Part shown: piece by piece, positions 1 through 14,619 of the stretch
Numbering within the stretch: the stretch's first letter is position 1
Layout: each line of letters opens with the position of its first letter
From: Schmidtea polychroa
Taxonomy: Eukaryota
DNA: 64,000 nucleotides
Assembly (NCBI GenBank): GCA_044892525.1
Contig: CM097885.1
Coordinates: 46,626,001 to 46,690,000 of the forward strand
Direction of reading: 5' to 3'
Made by a program: the position numbers and the translations under genes
Notes under the pieces: generated by a model
The model's database searches: none
Seen by the model: only the letters and a program-made list of their open reading frames with translations
What the model was told of the DNA's origin: nothing

Positions 1-327
1 AACTAATAAGAAAATGATAACTAATGAAGTCGTCTGTTAGAGGAAACCAATTAAGTCAAAAACGAAGCAATTACAACGATTATTGGAATAAATAAGGAAA
101 TTCCAAATTCAGATAATCGGCAGTAACCTCAGGTAGGGACGAAGAAACCGAGAATAGAAGTTTGGGGAAAAGAAACAGAAACTGAAAACGAGAATTATAA
201 AAGGACCTGAAGGATTAGAACAAAATGGAGCATCAAATGAATTCGGATCCAAGAGTGGAAAAGAGAATCACCAGGTGAAACTTAGTTTAAATCGCACAAA
301 GTCGAGACAATCCAGAGGTATTGTAAC
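1..327. mobile_element. LTR-like repeat fragment related to the solo LTRs at 32010-32900 and 34633-35671 (opposite orientation)
   Basis: Positions 90-150 (ataaggaaa...aatcggcagtaacctcaggtag...gaagaaac) align with the reverse complements of 34968-35030 and 32582-32610. Confidence 0.45.
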
Positions 328-2323
328 GACTGTTGCTAATTGAAAATTGTTATTTATCACTGAGAGTTGTAAAGTTGTGATAAACAAATATACGTTGGTA
401 ATTTGTGTTTATCGATTTTGGAACACGTAAAGTTACCAACAGTTGACTTTTGAATGTTACAAAAATACTTTAATTTTAAATTAACCCCATCAAAAATGCT
501 GAAGATTTTGCATATCGCTCTTCGGGTAAACTGACGCTGATATAATCTCAAGCTCATTGATTGGATTATATTGCGCATCCAATGGTAAACAACTTAAAGA
601 TTCAATTTGTGATAATATCACAAATTTTTATATGCAGATAAAGAATTCGAATTTTAATCCAAAATTAACAACTTAAAATGAAATATCAATAAGAAAGCTT
701 TATTGAAAACCATAGACAGAAGCGCAAATAAATCTTTTATGAAAATGTCGAAGATAAATTGGGAAAGTGCTACTCAATGAGATATTAAGATAACTGAAAG
801 GGTAGAATTCACGTTTAAGTTAAAACTGGATATTGCTAATAAACATTTAAATTGTATATATCAGATTACATAAATTTTTATATAAATATTTTAATTAATA
901 AACTAAAGTAAGTTTAAAATATAAAAATAAATTAAAATATATTAAATATTAAAATAAATTAAACCATCATTGAAATCAGCATCAAAATTAAAATAATAAA
1001 AAAGCCTCGAACAGATTGTTTGAATATTACAAAAAAGCGCAGTTTGGTGAATAAAATAAATTTAGTAATTTTATTTGTTTAATTTATTAATTATGGAGAT
1101 TGAGAATGAATTCGACGTTGCGGCTAACAATAACTACAAAAGCAAAAATCGCGACAATCAATAATCAATAATCGTGAAAATCAATAATCGCGACTTGACC
1201 TTGAAAGAAAATGAGGGGGTATGGGGTAGGGTGACTCTGTTGCTAACCAGTGCGCGGTAACTAATGGTGGCGTAAAGGGCTCACATCTACCTACCTATGT
1301 ATAATGAAAACTTTACACAATGAAGAATGCAAATTTTCTGCAAGTACGAAACAATATTTATTTAATTCGAAATCATAAATATATTTGGTGAAATCACAAA
1401 ATCTTTACAAATTATAAGAAATTATAAGAATTTTTTTTCTCAAAAGAAGTGATAAAATATTAAAATTTGCACATAGAAATACTTAAAGGTGTTTCATGGG
1501 ACTCTTAGCATTTGTAGGTACGGGCAAAAATTATGTAGAGAGCCCAACAGAAATTCTTGGAATAACGGATGTTGAATTTTTTTAATTAAAAGATATATCA
1601 TAGTATAATTTTAAAATTAGTCTACGAATAATAGATTAGCAAAAATTTATTAAAAATCACATGAAAAAAGATTCACAAAGCACTGACATAGTTAAAAGAT
1701 AATAAAAGATAAAGAGTCGTAGAGCTCAAAAATGAATCATAAGTATTTGTTTTTCGACGATAAGAGTCACTTTCATTAAAACAAATAAATAACAATCTAG
1801 AATAATTTATATTCTTGTCTTGTTTTAGGTAATTGCAGAATTCGATTATATCCATTTAACTAAGATTTTATAAATGTTTTTACTATCTATCATTTCTATG
1901 AATTTGTTAAATGCTATTCCAAATGACTATGTTTTCTAACAAAGATATATAAATTGTCTTTGAATTGCTAAATACGGCTTGAAAATGACCATTTCTTACT
2001 TAAATTATAGAAGAATTTGTAAAATGACACCCAAAGATCCATGTATTTTTTAACCAATATGCATAAATTGTATAAATGTTTTCCTCAAATAAACACGGAT
2101 TTCTATTTTAATTACAAGGAATTTGTTAAATTTAACCTCCAAATGACTATGTATTTCTAACTAATATACTTATAAATTTGTTATTTGTCACTCAAATATG
2201 ACTACGATTACAATAACCTATATTTATTCTACTTTATCTTACAACATGTTTACATGCCTAGTTAATCAATTATTGACATAATAAGCACTGTTTCAACAAA
2301 AAATATATTAAAGCTTGAAAAAA

Positions 2324-3015
2324 TGCTGATGGATATAGCCAACAAAACTATAATAATTCGTCACTAGATTTGCACCTTTCTCTACAATAAATATTGCTCG
2401 CGAAGGTAGAAAACCCAAGAGGCAATCACCTTTTCTGGTACGAGACTTACAATTGCTTTCAATTACTGGATTTGTCTTCTAATCGTTGAATGACTTATTC
2501 ACTCGATTTCTCTCTTATTTCTTCGATCAAATGGCGACTTGTTTGTTTTTGAGCTCTCTTTTTATACTTTTTCTGAGACGGCAATTATCTACAGAATTTA
2601 GGATTATTGCAAATAATTAGCTTTCGGAAATCTTGGGTAAATATTTTGAGGGTTATGAAATCATTCCTATTTTTTGCCCCGAATTGGCGCTTGGGTGAGT
2701 TCGCTTTCTTCTAATCAGTTAGATCTCAATGCGCTCGGACTTCCCATTACGAATTAATTAACGTTAATTAATTTGTTTTAATTTTTAATTTTCCCTGTAA
2801 ACCCCTTATTAAATTGTCATTATAATTTTTGAATTTCTATTTAAATTTAGCCTTCAACCATACCAGTTTCCCTTATTCAGTATTGATTTTTGATTTTTAG
2901 TAAATTTTAATTAATTTTGTACTTTTGATGTTTGGAGCTTTTTATTGATTTTAACAATATTTGTTATATTTTCCTTTTTATTATATTTTTTTTGGTTTAG
3001 GTACTAACCCCAACA
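2324..3015. mobile_element. Probable solo LTR
   Basis: Ends in CCCCAACA like the other LTR-like repeats; degenerate TGCTGA start; flanks aaaa/aaag; no ORF. Confidence 0.4.
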
Positions 3016-3379
3016 AAAGTTAGAAAATATTTTATTAATAGTACGAATCATCTATGATGACTCAATGCCTTTGTATATTAGCATGTTTGAGTCATACTAT
3101 TATTCAAAATGACCGCTTATTCATACCATGTCGAATGAATCATACTTTCCGTCAGGCAATCAGAATCAAATGTCCCAGATAGCTCACATCTACCTACTTA
3201 AGTCATTGAATTTTTTCAAAAACGTTGACCTTTATTTGGTTATCTTTATCCCAAGATTGAATGTTAGAACACGATTTAAGTTTACTTCTTAGATTGAAAC
3301 TTTAAAAATAAAAAAAATTCCATTTGAGTTTTTGTGGTTTCTTACTTTAAGAATTCTCTGAGAGAATTTCAAAAAGATA

Positions 3380-4174
3380 CAGTAGTCCCTCGTATAACAC
3401 GGTTAATTCGTACCGTGCTATATTGAAACAGTGTTATACGAAACTTTTTTAAACTAAGATATAATATATATGTAATAATATAATTTAAACTTAGATATAA
3501 AATGAATCAACGTAATATTTAATTCTAGTCTACCGTGTTGTATCGAAACCTTGTTCGTGTTATATCGAAATCGTGTTATACGAAACTTTGAAATAATATA
3601 AATCAAGGTAATGTGTACCGTGTTATATCGAAACCAAGTCTTAAGGTGTAAAATTTTATTATAGCTGAAATTTCGTTCCAAATATACATATAAGTGAAAA
3701 ACTAAGTTAACTTCAAGTTTTTATTACAAAAAAATTCAGCATGAGAAAAAAAATTAAAAATAAAACAAAAAATATATTCAAAAAATCATAATTCTAATTA
3801 TTATAGATTAAATAAAAACAGGTTCTTACGACCACAATATTAATTTTCATCATCACTCTCACTGTCACCAAAAAACTACAGCTGATTTATTTCTTTTTTT
3901 CAAAGTTGGTTGAAATTCCTCTTCACTAGTTACTTCCTTCTCATTAGAAAACTATCTGACGTAGTTTCAATTACCTGCCTGTTTTAATCTCTTAATTCGG
4001 TCAGAATTTCTCTATAAAAGGAGCTAAAGAACTTTGCAATTCTCTTTTTTCTGCTATTCGCCTTATTAAACGCAATTTAAAAAAATACAAACGTTATGTT
4101 ATAAATTTCTAGTCTTATACCGTGTAATATCGAAATCGTGTTATACAAATACCGTGTTATACGAGGGACTACTG
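3380..4174. mobile_element. pogo/Tigger-type MITE
   Basis: Perfect 23-bp TIRs CAGTAGTCCCTCGTATAACACGG / CCGTGTTATACGAGGGACTACTG, TA on both sides, internal CGTGTTATA(T)CGAAA subterminal repeats. Confidence 0.92.
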
Positions 4175-4399
4175 TAATTTATTCAAATTTCGTAATGAAT
4201 CATGAAAATTTAAAAATATTTAAGAATAAAATTCAAACAATTATCCGAATTTTATCAAATTATTAATATTAATATATTTAAATAAATAATTAATTAAATT
4301 AAATAATTATATTATAAAAAAGCCATCCCGGAAAGTTTTACTGATAATAAAGGAAATATAAGCAAACATTTGGGGAATTTAAATTTTAAGATATACTCA

Positions 4400-7300
4400 C
4401 CCCCCCCCCCCCCCCCCCCCAATTTAAGCGGTACTTTTTTGCGCGGGTTCACTATAACGCGTTTGATTAACTACATGTATAGGGACACCATATCTTGGAA
4501 TTCACATGCTAACCAATATTTGAGCGACTGATTTAGCAGTAATATCAGTTAGTGGAACTGCTTCCAGCCACCTTGACTTCCTATCTATCATAGTCAAAAT
4601 GTAATGATAACCTGAGCATGTTGAGAGTGAACCGACTAAATATATATTCACCGTTTCGAATATGTTTCCAGTTTGAAAATGTTGAATCACAGATTTCGTG
4701 TGACGTATGATTTTTGAAGGTTGTTGTCTTGCCCCATTGATCGACAGCACACTCTATTTCTCAGATATTCATAAGTTCCACGAATTCCTGGGTGATGTAA
4801 ATCGTGAAATGAACTAAAAGCCAAGTATTAAAGATCATTTTCCAACTCAAGACTCGTGACGCCTTTAATAAATTGTTGTATGGAATACTATCTACCCAAT
4901 CTAAAATTAAAGATGAATTAATCAATTCGTCTTTTGAAGGTAGAATGTTTTCTAATAGTTCTGTGGTTATCAAACTCGTGTTTGATATTGCAGCTGATAT
5001 ACCCCATGAGAGACAATCAGCTACGATATTATCACTCGACCTTAGATAAATTTAATTTGGCAATCAATCTCAGATATATAGCTGAGTTCTCGCGTTATCG
5101 AGTGGATGGTTTGGTCATCATTGGCGAGTAATTCAATGATTTGTGGTCAGTATAGATAACAAATTATTGTCCTTCAGCATGAATTGAAAATGTTTTATAG
5201 ACTCTGTGATTCCTAAGAGTTCTCTGTCAAATGTAGAACATTTCCGTTGGCATTGATTGAGCTATTGTGAAAATAAAGTGAATGGAGAACTTTATGCAAT
5301 AATGCTCTTGTAACTACGTCTGAAGCATATGTTGCAAGATTTAATTTGGCGTGTCGTACCGGAAGCGCTAAAGCAACTGCATGCAACAGAGTCTTTTTGG
5401 AGTTAATAAAAGCTTCTTCTCTTTCTTATGTCCAAGTTTCAATATTAAGCTTAGGAATGTGGATAATTGCAGTGATAGAAGCCAGAATTACAGAGCAATG
5501 TTTAAAAAATTGATGGAAATTAATCAATCCTACGAAGTTGCGCAATTGTGTTATTTTTGATGTCTGGGGAAATTCTTGACAGTTTTGACTTTTTCTGGTA
5601 GAGGTCTTAATCATGACCCGTGTTCATAATGTGTACGAGAAAGGCTACTGAACCCTAGCCAAAAGAGCATTTTGATTGATGGAAGTGCAGATTCTGATCT
5701 TCAAGTCGACGGAAAAGTTTTGATAAATGCTTTATGTGATTTTCACCTGAGTTGGATCCTACACTGATGTCATCAACGTATACTGCCACATGAGGCAGGT
5801 CTACTAGCATCTAATCAACGAGAGTCTGAAAAGTTTATGCAAAATTTCGCAATCCGAAGACATCCGAAGATATTAAAATAAATCGAAGAGAGCTGTTTTT
5901 CAGATATCTTTGGGTGCTACTGACACTTGATGATAGGCTTTTCTCAAATCCATTCTGGAAAAACCGGAACATCCATCAAATCTCTTCGTGATGTCATGAA
6001 TGAACAACTTCGGGTAAGCGTTTGGTACTGTGACGATATTCAACTTTCTAGTCATCGCATGGTTGCCAAGATCCATCGTTTTTACGTACTATGTGTAGAG
6101 CTAATATTTCTTAATATTCCCATTCTTTCCATGTCTCGGAATTCAGTCTCTACGATTTCACTTTTTTCTTTCAACAGCTCACATCGTCTAGTAATTTGAG
6201 GTTGGACTGGATTTGTTTGAATGGTATGCTGCGCAATTGCTATTGATATGGCTGGTAGATTGTCATCCAAGAGTATAGGAAATTGGTGTTGCAAAAGAAT
6301 CTATGAAATTATTTCAATATTTCAATTCTAATTTGACCCTAACTGTAATAATGCGCTAGAAGTTTAGTAACTTTTTGTAGCTGAGATTTTGATTGACATA
6401 TCAGCCGTGGTTACCAATTTGGATTGACCGTCAACGAGAAAATATATAGTGTACCAAGCTGTCTGAACCGATAATAGCTTGTGTAACCTTTGCAATGGAA
6501 AATGTCCAAACAAATTAAACTGGACCTGGTGGTAACTTGAAATGGATTCACATCTGTCCAAAGATGAGTACTGAAGATTCGTTTGCTGCCGATAATTCAC
6601 TGTGTATGATCGAAAAACCTTTAAATAAACTGACTGGTAAAACGGATACACAAGAAAAAGTGTCCATGAGAAAATTCATAAACAATGATCGACTCTACTT
6701 TTAGGGTGATGCACTGATCACATAAAATGAATTGACCAGAAATAAGTCAAAACAATCATCTGGTTCTACAAGTCTTTTGAAGGCGACTGTTGAGTAACTT
6801 TGAAGAATTTACAATTTTGTACATACAGATTTGTGTTCTCATGTGTAAGATTGTGGAAATTACAGGTGTTCAGCATGATAATGCCAGCGTATTTTGAAAC
6901 TTGCAACCCGGTCGGTATCTCTGGGTATTTTGGTCAAATCTAAAATAAAAATGGCATTGTGTGATCTCACCTTTCTTTAAGTAGTCCTTCGGTCTTGTCT
7001 TATTATTGATGATGTAGGGTAGCTATTTCCAACTACAACTCTTGGACTCTGACTGTTAAGCTATGCATTTTTGTCTCCACATTAACGTCCACCAATTAGC
7101 CTTGTTGAAACAGCATGAATCTTATCGCCTAACATTGCTGGCAACTCCATATCATCCGTTATTGCTGTCGCATTAATTGCATTTATCGACGTTGTGTATG
7201 ACTAGCTTGAGAAACTGAGCCATGTGCTGAGTTTGAACATTTCTGCCAAAAGCTGCCCCTAGATTGGGGATATATTTTGAAATAACTGATTAATTCAACA

Positions 7301-7512
7301 TGATATAAGAGTTGCCCGATATCGCTACATTCCCGTTTGAATCTGAGAATTCTGGTAATAATTGTTGAGTTAAGTTTGATAAAGTTCTCGAAAACAGGAA
7401 ACCAACCGTTAGGCGATATTGCTTTATTCAAGTCGAACGGACAAATTGTATCTGGTAACGTCAACGAAGATATCGATTTTTACATTTTTATTTGAGTTTC
7501 TTCTGACACCAT
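4400..7512 (-). mobile_element. Degenerate Ty3/Gypsy LTR retrotransposon internal region (gag-PR-RT-RNaseH-integrase)
   Basis: Minus-strand fragments in Gypsy order: gag-like (7183-7464), RT (QHTIQT; EFRDMERMGILR; VYVDD near 5780), LRNFVGLINF, RNase H YTDHK near 5150, integrase YILTMIDRKSRWLEAVPL (4502-4750). Polypurine G-run at 4400-4420. TGGTGTCAGAAG at 7500-7511 is either a tRNA-Leu-type primer-binding site or the gag start. Many stops and frameshifts. Confidence 0.88.
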
Positions 7513-7629
7513 TTTAACGAATATTGAGAACAAATAATTGAATAATTTTATTCGTATCAAAAATCAAATTGTGATTTTTCTATTTTATATTAATAATTAA
7601 AACAAGTTTTGTTTCTAATTCAATACAAT

Positions 7630-8220
7630 ATGTAATGGGTGTATTGGAAAGACACATCGTCATTTCTGTAATAGAGTTCATGAACATTGTTAGTGACCAA
7701 TGTTAGGGAGCACACTAAAGGCTGTACAAGTAAAATAGTCATATCTAATTTTAAAATTTTATTAAAAAACTTTAAAAATTATTGTAAACGTGTAATTTGT
7801 GAAGCTTTTTTGATAAAACCATTGAATCTGAAAATGAATGTGGAAAATGCTATGCATGTTTTGATTATTTCAAATAGTTTGGGTTAAATTGTGGGTATAT
7901 GGAGTGTTGTTGTTTTTAAATGTATTAAATTATTACGTTAAAAAATTTAAAATTTCAACTTTTTAAAAATTTAAAGATAGTTAAAATTAAAAATTAGAAA
8001 AAAATTATATTATAATAAAATAATAAAAAATTATTTTAAAATCTTTTAAAATCTTTAGCATAAATTGAAAAATAATTGATTGTTTAAATTAAATTTTAAA
8101 AATATATATATTTTTAAAAATTAAATTGATAAAATCTATAATATATTTTATTTTTTTCTATTCTACTTGATGATGACAGAAAATCTATCAAAATAAAACG
8201 AATATTTGAATGGCGCTTTC
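7630..8220 (+). mobile_element. Penelope-like element 3' fragment (GIY-YIG endonuclease end plus tail)
   Basis: Reads CNGC..IGKTHRHFCNRVHEH...REHTKGC...FKIL...KRVICEAFLIK, similar to the end of the 45254-45949 ORF; tail at 8165-8215 resembles the reverse complement of 44881-44935. Confidence 0.75.
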
Positions 8221-9950
8221 TTATAATTAAATCATTGCAATGTCTATTTAAATAAATAATTAGAGTTTATTGAATAATTGCATTAACATTTAGAACATGC
8301 GCCAATGGAACATTTTTACAGCTTTATTTGTTTGGACTGATTTTAGTCATTTGAGTTAAAATTGCTCTTCTGATAAACATTTGTATAAATATTTACATAT
8401 TTATATTTTAAGTTTTCATTACCCCAAAACTTTTAATTATTTTTGTTTAATTTACCTTGTTTCCCTTATTACTGATTTAGAATAAATTTGTACCATGATT
8501 CTTAAGGACATTATATAATTTTTTGTTAGAAATTTTAAATAATTTATTGAAAAATAATTTTCAAATCTTACTTCCTTGAGGGAAAAAGGATTTATAAATC
8601 TGAATGAATTTGTTAATATCCATAATTCCATTGGGGCATTCCTGTTAAAAATTGCAAAATTAATTTTCCTTCGTTAATAATAATTTTACAAAACAATATT
8701 TAATAAAATTTTGGGAAAAATGTTTTAAGACAATGATTAATTTCGGTCACCCTCATCGAAATGAGAACTTTTATTAATTTTAGTGTATGAAAATGATTTT
8801 ATTTGTTAATATTTGACTGATATTCAATAAAAAACATTTTCATGTATATTTTTATTGTTTGTTTAATGAAAAAGAAAGTGTTCGGTGGCTTCAAGTGTGC
8901 TAAGAACCATCGATTTACATCTATAATAAATTCATTTCTTTTTGGTATTCCAAATGAAGATTTTCTAACTTAATAGTGATGTTCCTCAAAAATCCGAAAT
9001 CCCTGATCCAATATTTTTAGCTGAGAAAATCAATATTGATTAAAAACAGCAATATCTAGTTGAGCTTAAAAAAACAATCTAATTGAACTCGCATTAATAG
9101 CAACAGCTGTCAAATTCAGAGTATACATTTTGTGAGGAACGAGAAAAAATAACAGCTGCCGAGTGAAGATTACGAAAAAGAATTCAGGAGATTAAGAACA
9201 GCTGTCACCAAGCGAATTGATATTTAAGCGAAAGATTTTAAAGGAAAAACAGTCAATTTTGCTCAAGCAATTCTAGCTTAGAGAAAATTATTAAAATCCA
9301 GAAAAGAACTAAAAAGCTATATAAACTTCCAGTATCTTCTGAAAAGAAAAGGAAAAATAATATTCTTAGCCTTAAGGTTAATTGAATATTTATTTATCTA
9401 AATTATAAAAATCTGCACAACCCAACCTTGAGAAGCAGCATTTCTGACTGTCTTACTCGTTGAGAATTAAATTACTAAGAGGGTAAAATTGATATGTAAC
9501 GCTAGATCAATCTTGATCTAACCGATCGCGTAAAATTCGGGTAATCCATCCTTCTTGTTCCTAACTTCAATTACAGTGCTGTGAGCAATTAGATTCAGCA
9601 TTTTTATCTTATATCTGAGGACGGTTTGTACAACCGATATTCTTTCTTTCATAGTAATTTGCGGCATTTTTGGGAAACTCAATTATTACAGTTGTATATT
9701 TTATTTGTGCATATTTAATAAATCTTTTCATATTCACGTCTTGATTAATCCATATTAAATTATTTATACACGCACATATTTTATATTATATTATATTTAT
9801 ATCTTTGGAGTCAGATATAAGCTGTGTTAGGAAGAATCAATCCACCTGATTAGAACCTAACACATTTATTTTCATTGAAAAATCACCAAATGATTCAGTT
9901 ATCAACAAATCCAAATTATTCGATTTAACATAATTAAAATAATTAACATA

Positions 9951-11219
9951 CCGTATTTACTCGTGCATAAGACGAGATATTTTTTCAAAAATAATTTTCA
10001 TATTATAGGGGTTGACTTATACACGTGACCTGTCATTTCTAACATTTTTTTTATGAGAAAGCAAATACAAAACCGAAGGAATTGAAAATTTTCGTGCATC
10101 TTCTGGATGGTGTACTTGGTTTATGAATCGACACAATCTGTGTTTGCATGTAAAGAAGAAAATTGGGCAGAAGCTGCCAAGTGCACTGATGGACGAGATA
10201 TATTCGTTCTTATCCTTTGTTCTGAAGCAGCGCACAACAAACAATTACAGTCTATGTGATATTGGAAATATGGATGAGACTCCACTGAACTTTGATCTTC
10301 CTATAAATCGGACCATCAAAAGTAATGGGAAAAAGACTGTTTTTGTGAGAACTACTGGGAACGAAAAAAATAATTTTACTGTAGTTTTATCTTATTTTGC
10401 AAATAGTAAGAAATTGCCACACAAATCGTAATTTTCAAACGAAAGACATTACCCAAAACATTATCATATACCCCAGACATTATCGTACGTGCCCACCCAA
10501 AAGGTTGGATGGATGAAAATGGTGTTTTAGATTGGCTTGAAAATGTATGGAAAAATCGACTTGGTGCTTCTTTGATTACAAAACCGGCACTTTTAGTATG
10601 GGATATGTTTCGAGCCCATATTACAGATGCAGTTAAGAATAAGGTTAAATTATGTAAAGCAACTTTAGTTGTGATACTAGGAGGACTTACTTCACTACTA
10701 CAGCCCTTAGTTGTATGTATTAATAAGCTCTTAACGGACAGGATGAGAAAATTGTTGCATGATTGGCATGTTTCTGTTCAAGTTCGATTAACTAAATCTG
10801 GAAATTTGGCAAAGCCTGACATTGATGTTGTGGTCACTTGGGTTAAAAAGGCGTGGGATTTGATTCCCGAGGAAATGGTTATAAATTGCTTCTTTAAATG
10901 TGGAATCGGTAATGCAATGCACGGCACACAAGAGGATTTATTCGGACTATCTGGGATGGAGAATGTATAGTTGCATTTTGCTAATTGTGATGTCAATAGC
11001 AATGAATACGAGATGATGTATTGATGTATGGGGAAGACGTTCAAGAAGTTAGCAATTCTGATTATGAAATCTTACTGAATCAATTTAATGCCAGTGAATA
11101 ATACTGGAAACGCATGGTTGGCTTTAATAAAATATTAATACTTCTTTCTTTTTATCCTCGACTTATACACGACGTCACAAATCGGGTGTTTTCAAGTGAA
11201 AATTTTGGGGTATATACTG
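9951..11219 (+). mobile_element. pogo/Tigger DNA transposon, internally deleted, transposase pseudogene
   Basis: TA+CCGTATTTACTCG left end and degenerate right end TATACTG+TA. FRASSGWCTWFMNRH (end of CENP-B HTH), IGNMDETPL, GWMD, WDMFRAH, LQPLVV (third Asp lost); frameshifted between the 10123 and 10509 ORFs. Confidence 0.9.
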
Positions 11220-11647
11220 TAATTCATCTTTCAAAAACTTTATTATTAAGCATAAAGCAATTAATCAATTCAAAATAAACTGTTTAAAAATCTCTTAATT
11301 TACAATTTTAAAACAAAATCTACAAATATGATGAATCATAAATTTTGGTATGGCCCAAATTCTTTATTTCTTGGTGGTTCAAATAAATATGGTCCATATA
11401 AATAAATAATAAAAGTAACAATTAATTACACATAATTTGTCGATTACTGTTAATTAATATGTAGTAAAAGGGAAACTAAAAGGTGCGCTAACTATGACAA
11501 TAGTGTCTACTATGAAGGTTTTCAAGGTTTTGAAGCACCAATTATTGAACCCTTCAAAACAGAAATAGCACCTTTGAATAGATCACACAAAACTGTATAC
11601 ACACGGATACAAAATATATGAGCATAAATGTTTGATCATTTGGAAAT

Positions 11648-11850
<203 letters not shown>

Positions 11851-12104
11851 TTATTAAATTTATAATATAAAACTTTTCAATATTTACAGATAATTTTTTA
11901 TAAAAAATTCTAATTTAATTTACAATTTTTTATCAATTACTATTAATTATTTTCCCATATTAAAATTATATTAACGATCATTGACGCCTGTACTTTGAAA
12001 TAATGCATTCAGTCGTATCATAAATTATATTAATAATTTATTCGCAGTAATTATTAATAATTAAATAATCAAAACTTTACAGTACTGGTAGAATTTTGAC
12101 TAAA

Positions 12105-12355
<251 letters not shown>

Positions 12356-13618
12356 TATAAAGTGATGATTTCTTGGTAGCAGCATTTATTATTTAAAACA
12401 ATAAAATGATAATATATATATTAAAAGTTACTAATTTTCGTTTAATAATTTTTAATTCATTAATTTTTTCAAAATTTTCAATAACCCATTAACTTATTAT
12501 TTTGTTTAAATCGAATTGAAAATGAAACATGTGAATAGTTTAAAATTGGAGAGTATTTAATTGTTTTATTTAAATCAATGGAAATATAAATCGCAATTCC
12601 ATACTTGTTTAAATCCTCGATACATAATTTTGAGTTCTCGTTTGGTGAATTTAGTATTTTTTATCAAATAATCCAAGCTCCTTGGTTTATAACAAAATGT
12701 ATCCAATTGCAAATTGTCAAGATCTAAATCTAAAAAAATTGTCTGTTATTCGCTATCAAATTTTCAACATTTATTGGAAAATAATTTAATAAATTCAAAC
12801 TTACTTATATAATTTACCCGACTGGATTTTTGTCTAAAAATGGATGCCATGGATATTCTATCAAAAATAGATTTCTTTCTATCAATTGCTGTCAAATTGA
12901 ACATTCGGATTATTAGTGTTTTCAAAAAATAACAATAATGAAAAAATGTCCTTTAATTATTTTTTTTTATAACAAATTAGCTTAAACCTAATTTTTCAAA
13001 TAAAATTTTGGTTTCAGTTTTTATAGACTAATAAAATTGTCTTATCGTTAAAAGACCATTAATTTTCCGTGATAATTACTTCTGTAACTCTACGATTGTT
13101 TCCAATTATCAGCGAAATCAACACACTCACTCGCACACATGCTAAATGGGAAATTGGATTTTATAAATGAATAATTATTATTATCAATAGCATAATAAAA
13201 CAAGTTGGTTAGCCAAAAAATATCCAGAAAAACAGGAGAGAAACTAATATCAGACAGACCTAATTTTATATGGAAAGTATTAGAAATATTCAATGAATAA
13301 AACTTGCAGAGAGGTATCAAAATCAAATGTCTTTTGGAGATCATGGCATAAAGCTATCATAGACTTTTAGCCAATAAGAGCTCATTTTCATTAAAACATG
13401 CTTTTCATAAACTGATGAGAAGTGAGGAGTTCACAACATGATTTAATCTTGACAAATCGTAACGATAACTCCCGAAAATTTATCTATATTATTAATTTAT
13501 GTATGTGTTTGGAGAAAAAAGCGATTAATTTATTTACAAATCTTTACTCACATAAGTTTTGTTTAATTGATTGCGTTTTTACTGAAATCCAATCAATTTA
13601 GGTCAGAAAATAATAATT

Positions 13619-13685
<67 letters not shown>

Positions 13686-14619
13686 ATTTGTTAAATATGG
13701 TTGTGATTTAAAATATTTAATTATTTCATTTTAAATATTTAATAAAAATTGCTGCTATTACCTGGCCGGAAATGCCATCAAACCTCAGATCAACCACTCC
13801 TGCTCATGACTCCTTAGTACTAATAATATTAATGTATGAATATTCTTTCTAAATTTCAGATTATCACGAAATTTTTCTTTATATTTTTCTTCATGTTCTA
13901 TATATTCTATCTGTGGCAGCATTTTTAAAAAGCATAATGAAAGAAACAAAAACGACGAAATAGTACCAGTGAGAAATGAATATTTGAAACGTAATTAAAA
14001 AAGGAAAATTTGTAGCCATAACAAAACCCTAGAATTTGACTTTATGGACACATAAGAACAAGGGAGTAAGGTATACCGAATCTTAACAAACGATTTGTCA
14101 AAATAAATGAGTAATATAATACAACCGTGTCAAAACTTTCCATTTATTCGGCCAATTTTATGAAAATAATATACTCTTATATTTAAATTTTTTTATTCAG
14201 AATTACAGTTGATTTAATATTTATTTAAAGAGGAAGATCTTGAAAGATTATCAGAATGTTACGCATCCTTGATGCAATATGTATAAATGTTGTCGACATC
14301 AGCTGATTATCTTAGATGTCATATGGCAGTGGATTTCAACCTTTATAGCTAACGGCACCCTAATAAAAAAGAAATAATTTAACTGGCGTCTTAAATTTGA
14401 GAATCGTTCTAAATTTTAACAATATTCAATTTTCAACATACATAACAAAGAAAATTCAAATAATTTTGTCCATTCAAGAGGCACTCGTCAGTCAAATCCA
14501 TTCATATGACTTTAAGCTAAAAAATGTGGAAAATAGCACAATTGATCTTAAAAGGCCAGTCAGAATGACATGTCAAATTTAAGTCGCCATTGTACACCGT
14601 TTGGGAGGACATCTTCTTA

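Noticed and set aside
9410..9670. Minus-strand MPQITMKERISVV... resembling a Tc1/mariner N-terminus
   Set aside because: Short, with no TIRs or catalytic motifs found.
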